Positions 29,100 to 38,962 of a stretch of 64,000 nt of DNA are shown piece after piece. The position numbers were made by a program, and so were the translations under genes. This DNA is from a virus: IMG/VR virus record IMGVR_UViG_3300042398_000319, positions 12,947 to 76,946 of that record; one strand, 5' to 3'. Every line of letters starts with the position of its first letter. Positions within the stretch are counted from its first letter, which is position 1. A model generated the notes under the pieces. The model made no database searches and had not been told where the DNA came from. It saw nothing but the letters and a program-made list of their open reading frames with translations.

Positions 29100-29733
29100 C
29101 GCTAAAGCTAAACCTAAATCGCCTGAAGCACCAGACTCCCCTAATCCACCTCAACCTGTAACTCAGGAAGATAATGATGGGGGCTATTACTGGTTCGGTA
29201 AAAATATTATGCGTAATGGCGTAATGTATCTTATGGGAGAAATAGAAGACGATTCTGTACAGCCTATTATTATGGCTATTATGGAATATAACCTAATGGC
29301 TAAACAGGATCAACCAGATAAACTTGTATTGTTTATTAACAGTCCAGGTGGATTTGTTTCCTCAGCATACCATTTAATTGATACTATTAAACAGTCCAAT
29401 ATTCCAGTAGTTACTATTGGTACTGGTGAAGTAGCTTCAGCAGGTGTTATGTTGTTGATGTCAGGAAATAAGGGTATGCGCTTTATTACTGAAAATTGCT
29501 CTGTAATGTCACATCAATTCTCTCGTGGAGTTGTTGGTAAAGAACATGAGATAGCTGCAGCCTCAAAAGACTTTCATCTAGATTCGCTAAGAATGTTAAA
29601 TCATTATCGCAAATGTACAGGTAAGTCTGTTACATATATTCGTAAGCATTTGTTACAACAATCAGATTGTTTCTTCTCTCCAGATGAAGCAGTTACACAT
29701 GGTATTGTAGATGAAGTAATTAAGAATCCGTAA
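29050..29733 (+). CDS. clpP: ClpP-like serine protease
   Basis: FINSPGG, VASAG (catalytic Ser), MSHQ (His), EAVTHGIVDEV. Confidence 0.88.
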   Translation: MSKLFGCQFNKYSSVLNAKAKPKSPEAPDSPNPPQPVTQEDNDGGYYWFGKNIMRNGVMYLMGEIEDDSVQPIIMAIMEYNLMAKQDQPDKLVLFINSPGGFVSSAYHLIDTIKQSNIPVVTIGTGEVASAGVMLLMSGNKGMRFITENCSVMSHQFSRGVVGKEHEIAAASKDFHLDSLRMLNHYRKCTGKSVTYIRKHLLQQSDCFFSPDEAVTHGIVDEVIKNP

Positions 29734-29737
29734 ACCA

Positions 29738-29768
29738 AGCCCTGACTAGAAATAGTTGGGGCTATTTT
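29738..29768 (+). terminator. Intrinsic terminator
   Basis: AGCCCTGACTA-GAAA-TAGTTGGGGCT-ATTTT. Confidence 0.7.
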
Positions 29769-29780
29769 ATTAAGGAACAC

Positions 29781-29972
29781 ATGATAAGTGAAAAAGATAT
29801 TGAAGATTGGTTACATTATGAATTAAAAGAAGTGTCTAAAGAAATCAATGATAACTATTGGAAATTCTCTGCCTCATTTGGCACAGATAAGGAATTACTC
29901 ATGCAATACGAGAGTAGTGTAAATAGGCTAAAACGTATTTTAGAAAGACTTAATGGTAACAATCCCAACTGA
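29781..29972 (+). CDS. Hypothetical protein
   Basis: AAGGA RBS. Confidence 0.55.
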   Translation: MISEKDIEDWLHYELKEVSKEINDNYWKFSASFGTDKELLMQYESSVNRLKRILERLNGNNPN

Positions 29973-30171
29973 AAACTATAAACTATTGCTTAAACTTTTA
30001 GATCGATTTAAAGAGGAACGTGAAACAAATGATAAAATGAGTCAATTCGAAAATGGATATGCTTGTGCTAGTCATTATGCTTATGACGCACTTTACGAAG
30101 CATTAGAATCATTACCTAAATTAAATAAGGTTTGTGCATTATGTAAGAAGGATGTAACAGATGGCATCTAA
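29953..30171 (+). CDS. Hypothetical protein
   Basis: Packed ORF. Confidence 0.5.
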   Translation: MVTIPTENYKLLLKLLDRFKEERETNDKMSQFENGYACASHYAYDALYEALESLPKLNKVCALCKKDVTDGI

Positions 30172-30505
30172 TGAACTACTATATAAGTCTAATAAGATAT
30201 GGAAAGAGTTTAAAGCTCTTAACTCTACTGCAAACTTTGAATGGCTTCCTGAAGAAGATAATTTTTACTTTTATAGTGATCGTATCATGAATTTAGCAAT
30301 AAATGAGATCGATAAGAAACGTAAAGAAGTTATTGAAGCAAGAGGCGGTAGATTTTATTATAGTGATGGCTACAACCCTCGTTGGAATACAAAGAATCGT
30401 GTTAGAAACTTTTTAATAAGTGAAATAAAAAATGAAACAGTTAGCAGATCTAGCGTTACAAGTAATGGACGAGTTCACGGAGTTGAGCAAGGTCAACAAC
30501 TTTAA
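30161..30505 (+). CDS. Hypothetical protein
   Basis: Packed ORF with AAGGA RBS. Confidence 0.5.
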   Translation: MASNELLYKSNKIWKEFKALNSTANFEWLPEEDNFYFYSDRIMNLAINEIDKKRKEVIEARGGRFYYSDGYNPRWNTKNRVRNFLISEIKNETVSRSSVTSNGRVHGVEQGQQL

Positions 30506-30710
30506 TTCAGACCTAGAATTTCAACATGATGCATTTTATGTAGCTGTACGTGTATTAAGAAACAGTCATCTGTTTTTTGAATATAACCCTTACACATGGG
30601 AAGATACAAGACTACTACAAGATACTTTAGATATACTAGAGTATGGTCCTGTACCTAAAGCGCATTATGAAGTGTTTACTAAAATCTTAAATAGAGATGC
30701 CACGCCCTAA
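30432..30710 (+). CDS. Hypothetical protein
   Basis: Packed ORF. Confidence 0.5.
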   Translation: MKQLADLALQVMDEFTELSKVNNFNSDLEFQHDAFYVAVRVLRNSHLFFEYNPYTWEDTRLLQDTLDILEYGPVPKAHYEVFTKILNRDATP

Positions 30711-31026
30711 AAAGGTAACGATTGTTAAACCTGTTTGTTCCCCTGAATTAACAGAGTTAATAAGAAGACGAAGAGCACAAATGTTAATACATTCGTGTAT
30801 CTATTATGAGCTAAATGAAAGTATAATCTCTGATCATCAGTGGCAAGCATGGGCTGATGAGCTACAACAACTACAAGAAAAACACCCAGATTGTTTAAAA
30901 ATTGATTTTTACGACTGGGAATTTAGAGATTGGGATGGTGCTACTGGAGCACACCTACCACATAGGAACCCTTGGGTTTTCCAGAAAGCAAATTATATTT
31001 TAAATCTTTCGAGAGAGAATAAATGA
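30697..31026 (+). CDS. Stand-alone protein resembling the N-terminal (Ia) domain of NAD-dependent DNA ligase
   Basis: LIHSCIYYELNESIISDHQW...EL..LQEKHP parallels the HxxxYY....ISDxEYD...L..LE..HP pattern of LigA. Confidence 0.55.
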   Translation: MPRPKKVTIVKPVCSPELTELIRRRRAQMLIHSCIYYELNESIISDHQWQAWADELQQLQEKHPDCLKIDFYDWEFRDWDGATGAHLPHRNPWVFQKANYILNLSRENK

Positions 31027-32366
31027 TCACAATTCAAGAATTGCAAGTTAAGTTTCCTGTAGTATTAGAGCTTCTCCGCCTGTCAAGAAATTGGCATTCA
31101 CGAGAACAAAAGGCTTATGAGTTTCATCCGATTATTAAAGAGATCATGAAGACTCATGTACCCCAAGATTATCGTTTGTTAGCATTAGAATATCCTCATC
31201 AATCAATTAAAGATGCAAGTAATGTTGCGTTTACTCGTGATGAGCGTTCAGGTATTAACGATCGTCAGACTGTTACCACCTTTGGTCGCTATGTTCGTAG
31301 AATGTTCCCTCAATTGAAGGATCATGAAATTCGTGACTATGCTACTAAATGCCGTAATGATACCTATGAGATCTGGGACACACAAGACGGTATTATCACC
31401 AGCGTACAGTTAGGTCCACGTTCTTGCATGACATGGGATTCTAGCTATACTCCTGGCCATGAGTATTATGACCCTAGCTGTAAGCATCCTTACATGGTTT
31501 ATGCTCCAGAGTTAGGTTGGAAAACTGCAGTTAGGCTTGATCCAGACACACGTACAATTAATGGTCGTGGCTTGGTATGGCACTCTGAGGATGACAAAGA
31601 AAAATACTTTGTTCGTACTTATAAGAGGGGTAACGACTATAGTTATGCTGATGAGGCATTAGAGTACTGGTTGAAAGAGTCTGGTTATAAGCATGTAGAT
31701 GGCTGGCCTTATGAGACGCCATTGAAACTAATTAGTTATGGTCATGACTTTTTAGCTCCGTATATTGATGGTGAAGTACAACGAGTAAGTAAGTGTAGTA
31801 CTCGTGTATATAAGGGCGCACATTACAATCTTTACATTGTTGAAGATGGTGACTATGAGTGTACTCAAACAGACGGTGAAACATGTTCTAGTGAAACTGA
31901 GCATTGTAGCTGTTGTGATGAGTACTACCATCCTGATGATATGAGAAGTACTTATGATGACGGTGATATCTGTGAGGGTTGTGCAGAGAATCATTATGTT
32001 AGGGCATACACAGATAGTACTCGATATACAGAGTTAGTAAGCGAAGACGAAGTAGTTGAGTATCAAGGTAATTACTATCATAGAGATAATCTGGATCATC
32101 ATGAGTTAGTTGAACTTCATAATGGTGATGTCGCTAAAAGAGATCATACATATGAAACTATTTCTGGTGAGTATGTGTTAGATGAAGAAATTGGCCCAAA
32201 TGGAGATTGGGTTTTGATTGATAGCCTTGCTTATCCCAAGAGCGAGTTATTTTACTGTAATGGATCTAATGAATGGTATTTAAAGGATGATGTTACCCCA
32301 GTAGAAGTAGATGGAAAAGAATATCATCCAGAGAATGTTCCCGAAACAGAAAGTGAATCAGAATGA
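31023..32366 (+). CDS. Hypothetical protein with Cys/His-rich acidic C-terminal region
   Basis: 447-aa ORF with CSCC and CEGC motifs; coupled to the peptidase gene. Confidence 0.65.
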   Translation: MITIQELQVKFPVVLELLRLSRNWHSREQKAYEFHPIIKEIMKTHVPQDYRLLALEYPHQSIKDASNVAFTRDERSGINDRQTVTTFGRYVRRMFPQLKDHEIRDYATKCRNDTYEIWDTQDGIITSVQLGPRSCMTWDSSYTPGHEYYDPSCKHPYMVYAPELGWKTAVRLDPDTRTINGRGLVWHSEDDKEKYFVRTYKRGNDYSYADEALEYWLKESGYKHVDGWPYETPLKLISYGHDFLAPYIDGEVQRVSKCSTRVYKGAHYNLYIVEDGDYECTQTDGETCSSETEHCSCCDEYYHPDDMRSTYDDGDICEGCAENHYVRAYTDSTRYTELVSEDEVVEYQGNYYHRDNLDHHELVELHNGDVAKRDHTYETISGEYVLDEEIGPNGDWVLIDSLAYPKSELFYCNGSNEWYLKDDVTPVEVDGKEYHPENVPETESESE

Positions 32367-33502
32367 AAACTCAATTAATTAAAGACTTGGAATTCGCATT
32401 GTCCCTGAAGAGACCACATGGTGGCACAGGTGTTACTATGCTTTGTAACTATATCGTAGAACGTGTTGGTGAGGGAGATCTCTCAGTAGACTTTTGTGGC
32501 AATATACATGTGGACATGCGTGATGACTCATCTAATGAAACATTATTCACTGCTCACGTAGATACTGTCCACCGTGAAGATGGTGATAACGTGTTTAAAT
32601 ATGAAGGTCAATATCTGTTAGCTGACGGAGGTAAGCCTCTCGGTGCTGACGATGGTGCTGGCGTGGCTTTACTTCTTCATATGATTGATAACAGAGTACC
32701 TGGCTACTATGTGTTCTTTCAAGGTGAAGAAAAAGGTGGTATTGGTTCTAGCTGGCTTGCATTAAATGATCCAGGACTAGTTGGACAATTTAAACGAGCT
32801 ATCACATTCGATCGTAAAGGTAATCATAGTATTATTACTCATCAAATGTGTGGTCGTACTTGTTCAGATGATTTTGCCTATGCATTGGCAGACGCTTTGA
32901 ATGATGCTTGCACAGACTTTATGTTTGTACCAGATGATACAGGCGTTTACACTGATACTGCTGAGTTTGCTGATATCATTCCTGAATGTACTAACATTAG
33001 TGCTGGTTATTACTCTGAGCATACACCAAATGAGAAGCTTGATATTTGGCATTTAAAAGATTTAGCTGAAGCTGTATTGAAAATTAACTGGGATTCTCTT
33101 GAGGCTGTTCGTGATCCAAGTGTACCTGATCCAGATGAGCTTAAGACTAATTACACATCTTTCCCTACTTATAACAAAGATGCGTATGGTTATAGTAATT
33201 ATGGCTCTAAGTATGATTATCAATATGACTATGAAAATGATCCAGTAGGTCCAACAACTTATACTGAAGAGGCTACAACATTAATTGACTGTTTAGCAGA
33301 CGCTAAGTTTGGTTTGAAAACAGAATTATTAGAGATGGTAGCTACATTTATTCATCCTGAGCATCCTGAGACTGCAATTAAGTTTCTTAATAGAAACGCA
33401 TTGACAGAAGAAGTTATTCTTGATGCAGAAGATATGCTACGTGTAGGATATGAAGATCATCAAGTTATTGAGTATTTGTTTGACATTTTGTATAAGGAGT
33501 AA
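32363..33502 (+). CDS. Zn-dependent peptidase, M20/M28 family
   Basis: AHVDTV, LGADDGAG, GEEKG, FDR, YSEH metal-ligand pattern. Confidence 0.85.
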   Translation: MKTQLIKDLEFALSLKRPHGGTGVTMLCNYIVERVGEGDLSVDFCGNIHVDMRDDSSNETLFTAHVDTVHREDGDNVFKYEGQYLLADGGKPLGADDGAGVALLLHMIDNRVPGYYVFFQGEEKGGIGSSWLALNDPGLVGQFKRAITFDRKGNHSIITHQMCGRTCSDDFAYALADALNDACTDFMFVPDDTGVYTDTAEFADIIPECTNISAGYYSEHTPNEKLDIWHLKDLAEAVLKINWDSLEAVRDPSVPDPDELKTNYTSFPTYNKDAYGYSNYGSKYDYQYDYENDPVGPTTYTEEATTLIDCLADAKFGLKTELLEMVATFIHPEHPETAIKFLNRNALTEEVILDAEDMLRVGYEDHQVIEYLFDILYKE

Positions 33503-33662
33503 TTTGGATTGAATAAGATAGCACATAGACTAATGAGAGAGCAGGATAAACTCGTTAAGCGTTTCTTGTTATTAAGTTTAATTCAAATATCAGGGGAAGC
33601 AACTCTTGATACACTAGATGAGTTAGCAACATTGAGAAAAGATATTTCTAGGATAATCGAGA

Positions 33663-33917
33663 ATGAACGCCAAGAAAAACATTAAGCTAGATAATATAAT
33701 TATTGCTTATAACCGTTTCAAGCCAGAAAGTGATGGGACAATTAAAGTTCAGTTACTAGATAGAAACACACGACAAATACTTGCACAAATTTATGTCAAG
33801 AGAATTTTGTTGTCCAAAACATTTGAAGAACTTCAGGTGTTTATGAGATTTAAATTTAAAAAAGACTTTAACTTTATTTTACCTAAAACATGGACATTCT
33901 TAGGAAACACAGTATGA
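33663..33917 (+). CDS. Hypothetical protein
   Basis: ORF in small-gene array. Confidence 0.5.
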   Translation: MNAKKNIKLDNIIIAYNRFKPESDGTIKVQLLDRNTRQILAQIYVKRILLSKTFEELQVFMRFKFKKDFNFILPKTWTFLGNTV

Positions 33918-34093
33918 AAGTAGTTTATACTCTTGAAGACTTATTTGGCTACCCAATTGGAGATGTTACAGAGGATCCAGCGACAAATACATTTAGTGTT
34001 TATCACTATAACTCTGATAGAAGTTATCAGTCGTTTAAGACCAAAGAAGAAGCTGAAGTATTTTTAAATAGGATTGAATATGATCTCAGATGA
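33914..34093 (+). CDS. Hypothetical protein
   Basis: ATGA-coupled (MKVVYTLE...). Confidence 0.5.
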   Translation: MKVVYTLEDLFGYPIGDVTEDPATNTFSVYHYNSDRSYQSFKTKEEAEVFLNRIEYDLR

Positions 34094-34319
34094 AGAGCAT
34101 GCAAAAGTAGTTGAGTTAGTTTATGCACATGACTATTACCTGCATATTTTTAATGCAGTAAGAAAGTCTTATGCTGATCGTAATATGAAAACTAATACGC
34201 CATATTTCTGGCATGACTTTTGGGTTGATTTACCAGATACTCTAGCAATTCGCAGAGCACCCTTCTTTCAAATTTGTGACCTAGCAGAAAGAATTTATGA
34301 CACTGAGCGAGATATGTGA
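34074..34319 (+). CDS. Hypothetical protein
   Basis: ORF in small-gene array. Confidence 0.5.
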   Translation: MNMISDEEHAKVVELVYAHDYYLHIFNAVRKSYADRNMKTNTPYFWHDFWVDLPDTLAIRRAPFFQICDLAERIYDTERDM

Positions 34320-34515
34320 AAAACATAAAGATGAAATTCCAGAGTTCTTAGAACGTTGGGATATGTCTAGTGCGCTATTCGATGATCTCTATAACTATTA
34401 CTTTGACGAAATGCCATATGGTATTAAGAAGGCTAGAACTGGAGATCCTGAAGAGTGGATCTGTGAAAGGTTTAACGATGATGTTTATTGTGAAATGGAT
34501 TTAAAACTACCATGA
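34297..34515 (+). CDS. Hypothetical protein
   Basis: EMPYGIKKARTGDP motif seen in small phage proteins. Confidence 0.55.
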   Translation: MTLSEICEKHKDEIPEFLERWDMSSALFDDLYNYYFDEMPYGIKKARTGDPEEWICERFNDDVYCEMDLKLP

Positions 34516-34645
34516 GTGATGTGGAAAGATTCTATGAAGCTGCTAGAGCTAAATTCCCTGGTTCTCGACCTTGGCATCAATTAGAGCCTATGGAACAAAT
34601 GCATATTGTGCAAGCAATTAATATTATTCTTGGAGTGATATCACG

Positions 34646-34927
34646 ATGATTGAAAAATTTACTTATGATGTCTATTACAAGACAAACTATAAGCCGCTGT
34701 ATTTAGAGGTAGAAGTAGAGTACATGCCTGAAGAAAAGGGTGCTGCCGAATGGAATACTGGATTAAAAATAGACCCAGACTATGCAGAAGTTGTTTGTGT
34801 ACTAAGTGCTACACTTAAAGGAGTTGATATTGTAGACATTCTTGTTGACAATATTATTGATGATATTAAAGAGTATTACTTAGCAACACTTGAGGAAAGA
34901 AAAAATGACACAGCCTACTTTGACTAG
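34646..34927 (+). CDS. Hypothetical protein
   Basis: GGAG RBS. Confidence 0.55.
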   Translation: MIEKFTYDVYYKTNYKPLYLEVEVEYMPEEKGAAEWNTGLKIDPDYAEVVCVLSATLKGVDIVDILVDNIIDDIKEYYLATLEERKNDTAYFD

Positions 34928-35171
34928 AAAACATTATCAACGCTTAGAAAAGATTATTGCAGAACAAATTAGCTTTGCTGAAGAATTTGCTGCCACAATA
35001 AAAGGATCTGAATCTTTTTATTATGAAAAAGCAGATAAGGCTGATACTAGTAGTGATAGCAAGCATGCATTTATAATGTTAAATCATGCAAAGACTAATC
35101 GTAGATTTTTTAAGAAAAAGCTTAAGACATTAGTTGAATTACAAACAGTTATTAAAAGTCAATTAAAATGA
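34905..35171 (+). CDS. Hypothetical protein
   Basis: GAGG RBS before MTQPT. Confidence 0.5.
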   Translation: MTQPTLTRKHYQRLEKIIAEQISFAEEFAATIKGSESFYYEKADKADTSSDSKHAFIMLNHAKTNRRFFKKKLKTLVELQTVIKSQLK

Positions 35172-35392
35172 AAAACTTTAAACTACTTAATTGTATGAGG
35201 GCAGACTGCAGGTTTACTATTACTAACACATCCAGGACTGCAGGTTATAGTGCGCCTGTTTATGATAAAGAGGGAAAGAATATTGCAGTAGATTTAAGCA
35301 TAACCACTGGTAATCTAAATTGTTCTGCTTGCAATCGAAAATGGTCTTTTAAAGATACCTATGATGATACTATTTATGAGGAAATAAAATGA
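35168..35392 (+). CDS. Hypothetical protein, possible Zn-binding
   Basis: CxxxxC and CSAC; ATGA-coupled. Confidence 0.5.
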   Translation: MKNFKLLNCMRADCRFTITNTSRTAGYSAPVYDKEGKNIAVDLSITTGNLNCSACNRKWSFKDTYDDTIYEEIK

Positions 35393-35646
35393 GTGGTTGG
35401 TTAATTGCACTTACAGGCGCTATCTACACCTATGTAGCTGCTGAACAGTTTTACCTAGGTAACATGGGTATGACGATTGCATACACGGGTTATGCATTTG
35501 CTAATATTGGCCTATGGATGTTAGCATCATGAAATGGCTATGTAGGACTAAGGATAACCCTGACAAAAAGTTTAAGACCCGTAAAGAGGCTATTGAATGG
35601 GCTAAACTAAATGCTAATGGTATTTACATTATATGGAAACTAAAAA

Positions 35647-36282
35647 ATGAACGAGAGAAAGCTACTAGCTAATGTAATGCGTACACCTGACGGTACTGTA
35701 CTTCAGTCATGTCATATTCACGACTATGTAGAGCATATGGATGCAAATGGTCGATTGTATATGATTGATGGTGGTGTACAATACATTAGGCGTACTTGGT
35801 ATGAAGACGACAACGGTGAAGACCTTTCAGTTTTTACTGATGATCCTCACTCTAAGATCCGTGATTGGTTCCGTTGGGGTACATATGGTAAAGAAGGTAA
35901 AGGGCCCCTTACATGGAAAAAGCTTAAGTTCTTGTCTACGGATCATATTCAAAAGATTCTTGATGAAGGTTATGCTCGTGCACACTTGACAAAAGTGTTT
36001 CAGGATGAATTAGCATTCCGTAAGGGAAAACCATTAGCTATCTTGGTTAATGGGATTGGAGGTGAGTTCTACAAGGCTTCTCATGATAGTTTTAATTATC
36101 ATCTAAGAGGCATTTGTGCTAGCCATGAAGGTAGGCCTGATCTAGTAAACCAATGGATCTTATCAAGCGCTATTGTTGAACAGTTATCTGATAATACTTA
36201 TGAGACACTTAATACAATATACAATGTTATTTCGTTAGAAGAGGCAGAAGTTGAGTCGTTACAATTTAGACTTATCAACTAA
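35647..36282 (+). CDS. Hypothetical phage protein
   Basis: HIHDYV...MIDGG..YIRR N-terminal motif. Confidence 0.6.
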   Translation: MNERKLLANVMRTPDGTVLQSCHIHDYVEHMDANGRLYMIDGGVQYIRRTWYEDDNGEDLSVFTDDPHSKIRDWFRWGTYGKEGKGPLTWKKLKFLSTDHIQKILDEGYARAHLTKVFQDELAFRKGKPLAILVNGIGGEFYKASHDSFNYHLRGICASHEGRPDLVNQWILSSAIVEQLSDNTYETLNTIYNVISLEEAEVESLQFRLIN

Positions 36283-36496
36283 TAGATTTACTATTCAGAT
36301 TGATACAAATGGTAAGTATGGCTGGTTTGAAGACAAGATCTATGGAGATGAAAACGGAGGTGGTCTTTGGTTTGATGAAAACATGAAACTAAAAGACTAT
36401 GACGGTGTTTATTTCTTGCCTGATCATGTAAGAAACCAACTTATGAAAAACAATTTTATCACCCAGGAGTTTTATGAAAATTCATCCGCATCATGA
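36251..36496 (+). CDS. Hypothetical protein
   Basis: GGGLWF...DYDGVYFLP motif. Confidence 0.5.
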   Translation: MSRYNLDLSTNRFTIQIDTNGKYGWFEDKIYGDENGGGLWFDENMKLKDYDGVYFLPDHVRNQLMKNNFITQEFYENSSAS

Positions 36497-36785
36497 CTTA
36501 ATTATTGCTTATCTTGAAGATAAAGTAATTCAATATAAGAGTTTTACTGAGTGGGTTGATATTCCTACATTGACTGCATTTGGAGGTGCATTGCCTCCTT
36601 TTCATCATAACACGGAATATCGATTGAAGCCAGTAGTTAAGCCTAATTTTAAATTTAAACTAAAAGCGAGGATGGTTGGCAAAGACATTGCTCTTCGTAT
36701 TTCAGAGCATTGGGAGAATGACAATGTTGAATTTGAGTTTGATGGTAACACACAAGAATTAGTTTCAGTAACTTTAATTAAATAA
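36474..36785 (+). CDS. Hypothetical protein
   Basis: AGGAG RBS; EYRLKP motif. Confidence 0.55.
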   Translation: MKIHPHHDLIIAYLEDKVIQYKSFTEWVDIPTLTAFGGALPPFHHNTEYRLKPVVKPNFKFKLKARMVGKDIALRISEHWENDNVEFEFDGNTQELVSVTLIK

Positions 36786-36794
36786 GGAATTTAA

Positions 36795-37097
36795 ATGCGT
36801 TTAGTTAAGCAATTCACACGTTTCGTTTCTGGTAGCCGTAAAAGCTTTCAAATTTATGCTGGTTGTGTTGCTACTTCTATTGAAGAGTTTTACACCACCA
36901 ATGATAAGCATATGATGAAAGTTATTGTAAATGGAAAGAGTGTAGTAGGCCAGTACAATGAACAAATTTTTAATATCATTGAAGATAACTTAGATACACC
37001 TGCTCCATTTGTATTTTATAACCTAACAAATAAAATCACTATGATTGCATGTATTCCCGATATGTGGGAAGACCTAGACTTAGTAAAGACAGTATGA
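36795..37097 (+). CDS. Hypothetical protein
   Basis: AAGGA RBS. Confidence 0.55.
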   Translation: MRLVKQFTRFVSGSRKSFQIYAGCVATSIEEFYTTNDKHMMKVIVNGKSVVGQYNEQIFNIIEDNLDTPAPFVFYNLTNKITMIACIPDMWEDLDLVKTV

Positions 37098-37597
37098 AAG
37101 TTTTAATTGGTGAATACCGTTACGATGACCAAGATCGAGAGATTGATGTCACAATTGATAACTATGACATTTGGAGTCTAGACCACACACTAGCGCATAT
37201 TATTCACCCTGCATTAGTTAAGTTTAGACAGAAGCTAAGCGGAGCCCCTAAGGTAGATGACGAAGATGTGCCTGATGAACTTAAAAGCACTAGCGCACCT
37301 CCTACTGAGCATTCTTGGCAAAGTGATGCAAACTACTTTAAGAGATGGGATTGGGTGCTTGATCAAATGATCTGGTCTTTTGCTCAAAAGCTAGATGATA
37401 ATCATGATGCTCAATTTTACTCAGGTTCAACTGATTTTCAGTTTATTAAATCTAGAGACTATCCTTTTCATGTAGAAGCAGTAACGGGCATAGATGATAC
37501 TTTCAAGATTGATATGGAAGGTCTAGAAAAACACGAGGCTCGAATTCAAAACGGATTTAGGCTATTTGGAAAATACTATGAAGGACTATGGGACTAA
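37094..37597 (+). CDS. Conserved hypothetical phage protein
   Basis: DIWSLDHTLAHII.P.L...RWDWVLDQMIWSF...GFRLFGKYYEGLWD family pattern. Confidence 0.65.
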   Translation: MKVLIGEYRYDDQDREIDVTIDNYDIWSLDHTLAHIIHPALVKFRQKLSGAPKVDDEDVPDELKSTSAPPTEHSWQSDANYFKRWDWVLDQMIWSFAQKLDDNHDAQFYSGSTDFQFIKSRDYPFHVEAVTGIDDTFKIDMEGLEKHEARIQNGFRLFGKYYEGLWD

Positions 37598-37598
37598 T

Positions 37599-37784
37599 AT
37601 GAGTAAAGGATCTACGCCAAGGCCATTTAGCGTGGCTCAAGAGCAGTACAATGAAAGATGGGATTTGATCTTTGGTCGTGATAAAGGTCAAAAAGAACGT
37701 GATAAAGAGTTTGATAAAGCCCAGGATGCCTTAGATGAGAAGGCTGAGAATGCTAGGCAATTAGGTTTAGACTATGACACTTGA
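37599..37784 (+). CDS. Hypothetical protein
   Basis: MSKGSTPRP... small phage protein. Confidence 0.5.
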   Translation: MSKGSTPRPFSVAQEQYNERWDLIFGRDKGQKERDKEFDKAQDALDEKAENARQLGLDYDT

Positions 37785-37956
37785 GTTTGTACCTACTAAC
37801 CAAACTTGGGTTGTTCAATGTCCTAAGCATGGTGAACATTCACATGTTATTAGGAGCACTATTAAAGGTCATGAAGGACTATGGTGTCAAATTTGTTGGA
37901 CTGAAAGCCTAGGTGAACCATTGCCTGGGGAATTTAAGAGGATAACTGTAGAATGA
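37774..37956 (+). CDS. Hypothetical protein, possible Zn ribbon
   Basis: CPKH...CQIC. Confidence 0.5.
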   Translation: MTLEFVPTNQTWVVQCPKHGEHSHVIRSTIKGHEGLWCQICWTESLGEPLPGEFKRITVE

Positions 37957-38195
37957 TACACACAGATGAAGATGATGAGTTTGATCGTGTTAAAAGGGAG
38001 AACGCTATGCGTGAAGTTCAGAGGTTAGGTCAAGAAATAGAAGCTACAGGTCAACCCTATCACTTTGAGTCTAGAGCAGAGTGGAAGAGTTTAACTGAAA
38101 AAGAAGTTGTGAATAACTTTGGTAGGTACTATGATGGAGACACTTGGTTCATTGCTAGAGACCTTGAGGCTTACATTAGGCAGAAGAATTCATGA
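37953..38195 (+). CDS. Hypothetical protein
   Basis: ATGA-coupled. Confidence 0.5.
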   Translation: MIHTDEDDEFDRVKRENAMREVQRLGQEIEATGQPYHFESRAEWKSLTEKEVVNNFGRYYDGDTWFIARDLEAYIRQKNS

Positions 38196-38389
38196 GGGCA
38201 ATAGACGACCAAGAGACAATTGAAGTACTAGACTTTATTAAGCTAGCTATTTTAAATGAACGTGAGAAATGTGCAGGTCTCCGTAAAGAAGTAGAGTTAG
38301 TCGGTAAACACTCTAGAGACTACGAGGATGGCTTCTGGGACGGTATAGCTAAGTATGAAGACTTAATCAGATCAAGGAAAAAACCATGA
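38192..38389 (+). CDS. Hypothetical protein
   Basis: ATGA-coupled. Confidence 0.5.
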   Translation: MRAIDDQETIEVLDFIKLAILNEREKCAGLRKEVELVGKHSRDYEDGFWDGIAKYEDLIRSRKKP

Positions 38390-38616
38390 AAGTTAAAGAA
38401 CTTATTGCAGAATTAAGTAAGTTAGATCCTGAGTTAATGATTGTCAAATCAGGATACGAAGGTGGCATGGCTGAAGTGACAGGCTCAGGGTTGTGCCGTG
38501 TTAGGTTAAATGTGAATAAAGAGTGGTATTATGGACCTCATGAGTTATTGTGTGATACCTTGGGTCCTGATGAGGCATTAACCGAAGAAGGTACTAGAGT
38601 AGTATTTATTAGTTAA
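38386..38616 (+). CDS. Hypothetical protein
   Basis: MKVKELIAELSKLDPEL small-phage-protein motif. Confidence 0.55.
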   Translation: MKVKELIAELSKLDPELMIVKSGYEGGMAEVTGSGLCRVRLNVNKEWYYGPHELLCDTLGPDEALTEEGTRVVFIS

Positions 38617-38624
38617 AGGAACAA

Positions 38625-38927
38625 ATGTTAAATTTTAAATCAGTTGTGTTAGTTGGAATGTTGAGTATTTCTACAGTCTATGCAGCTGAAGAGTATTCTA
38701 AAAGAATCCTTAATGTTTACTGTAATGATGTTAATCAAGTAGTTGATAAACTAGGTGGCGCAGGAAACATAGATACAGTATGGTTAGATCGAGATGAGAA
38801 TGTATGGTTTAGTTTTAAAGGAGAAACCAATAAAGTAGCTATAAGTGTTATACCAAAGAATAACCGTAAAGAAATGTGTATTGTAAGCTATGGTATAGAG
38901 ATAAAAGGTAAAAAACCTCATATCTGA
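38625..38927 (+). CDS. Hypothetical exported protein
   Basis: Signal-peptide-like N-terminus. Confidence 0.55.
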   Translation: MLNFKSVVLVGMLSISTVYAAEEYSKRILNVYCNDVNQVVDKLGGAGNIDTVWLDRDENVWFSFKGETNKVAISVIPKNNRKEMCIVSYGIEIKGKKPHI

Positions 38928-38928
38928 C

Positions 38929-38945
38929 ACCAGGGGACGCTAAAG
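38929..38945 (+). promoter_or_regulatory. Putative phage RNAP promoter (class B)
   Basis: ACCAGGGGACGCTAAAG, intergenic. Confidence 0.8.
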
Positions 38946-38962
38946 AATAACAAGGTATTCAT

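Noticed and set aside
29090-29107. Additional class B promoter (ACGCTAAAG; also near 46919)
   Set aside because: Only the 3' half matches, it lies in coding sequence, and the ACCRGGG half is missing.
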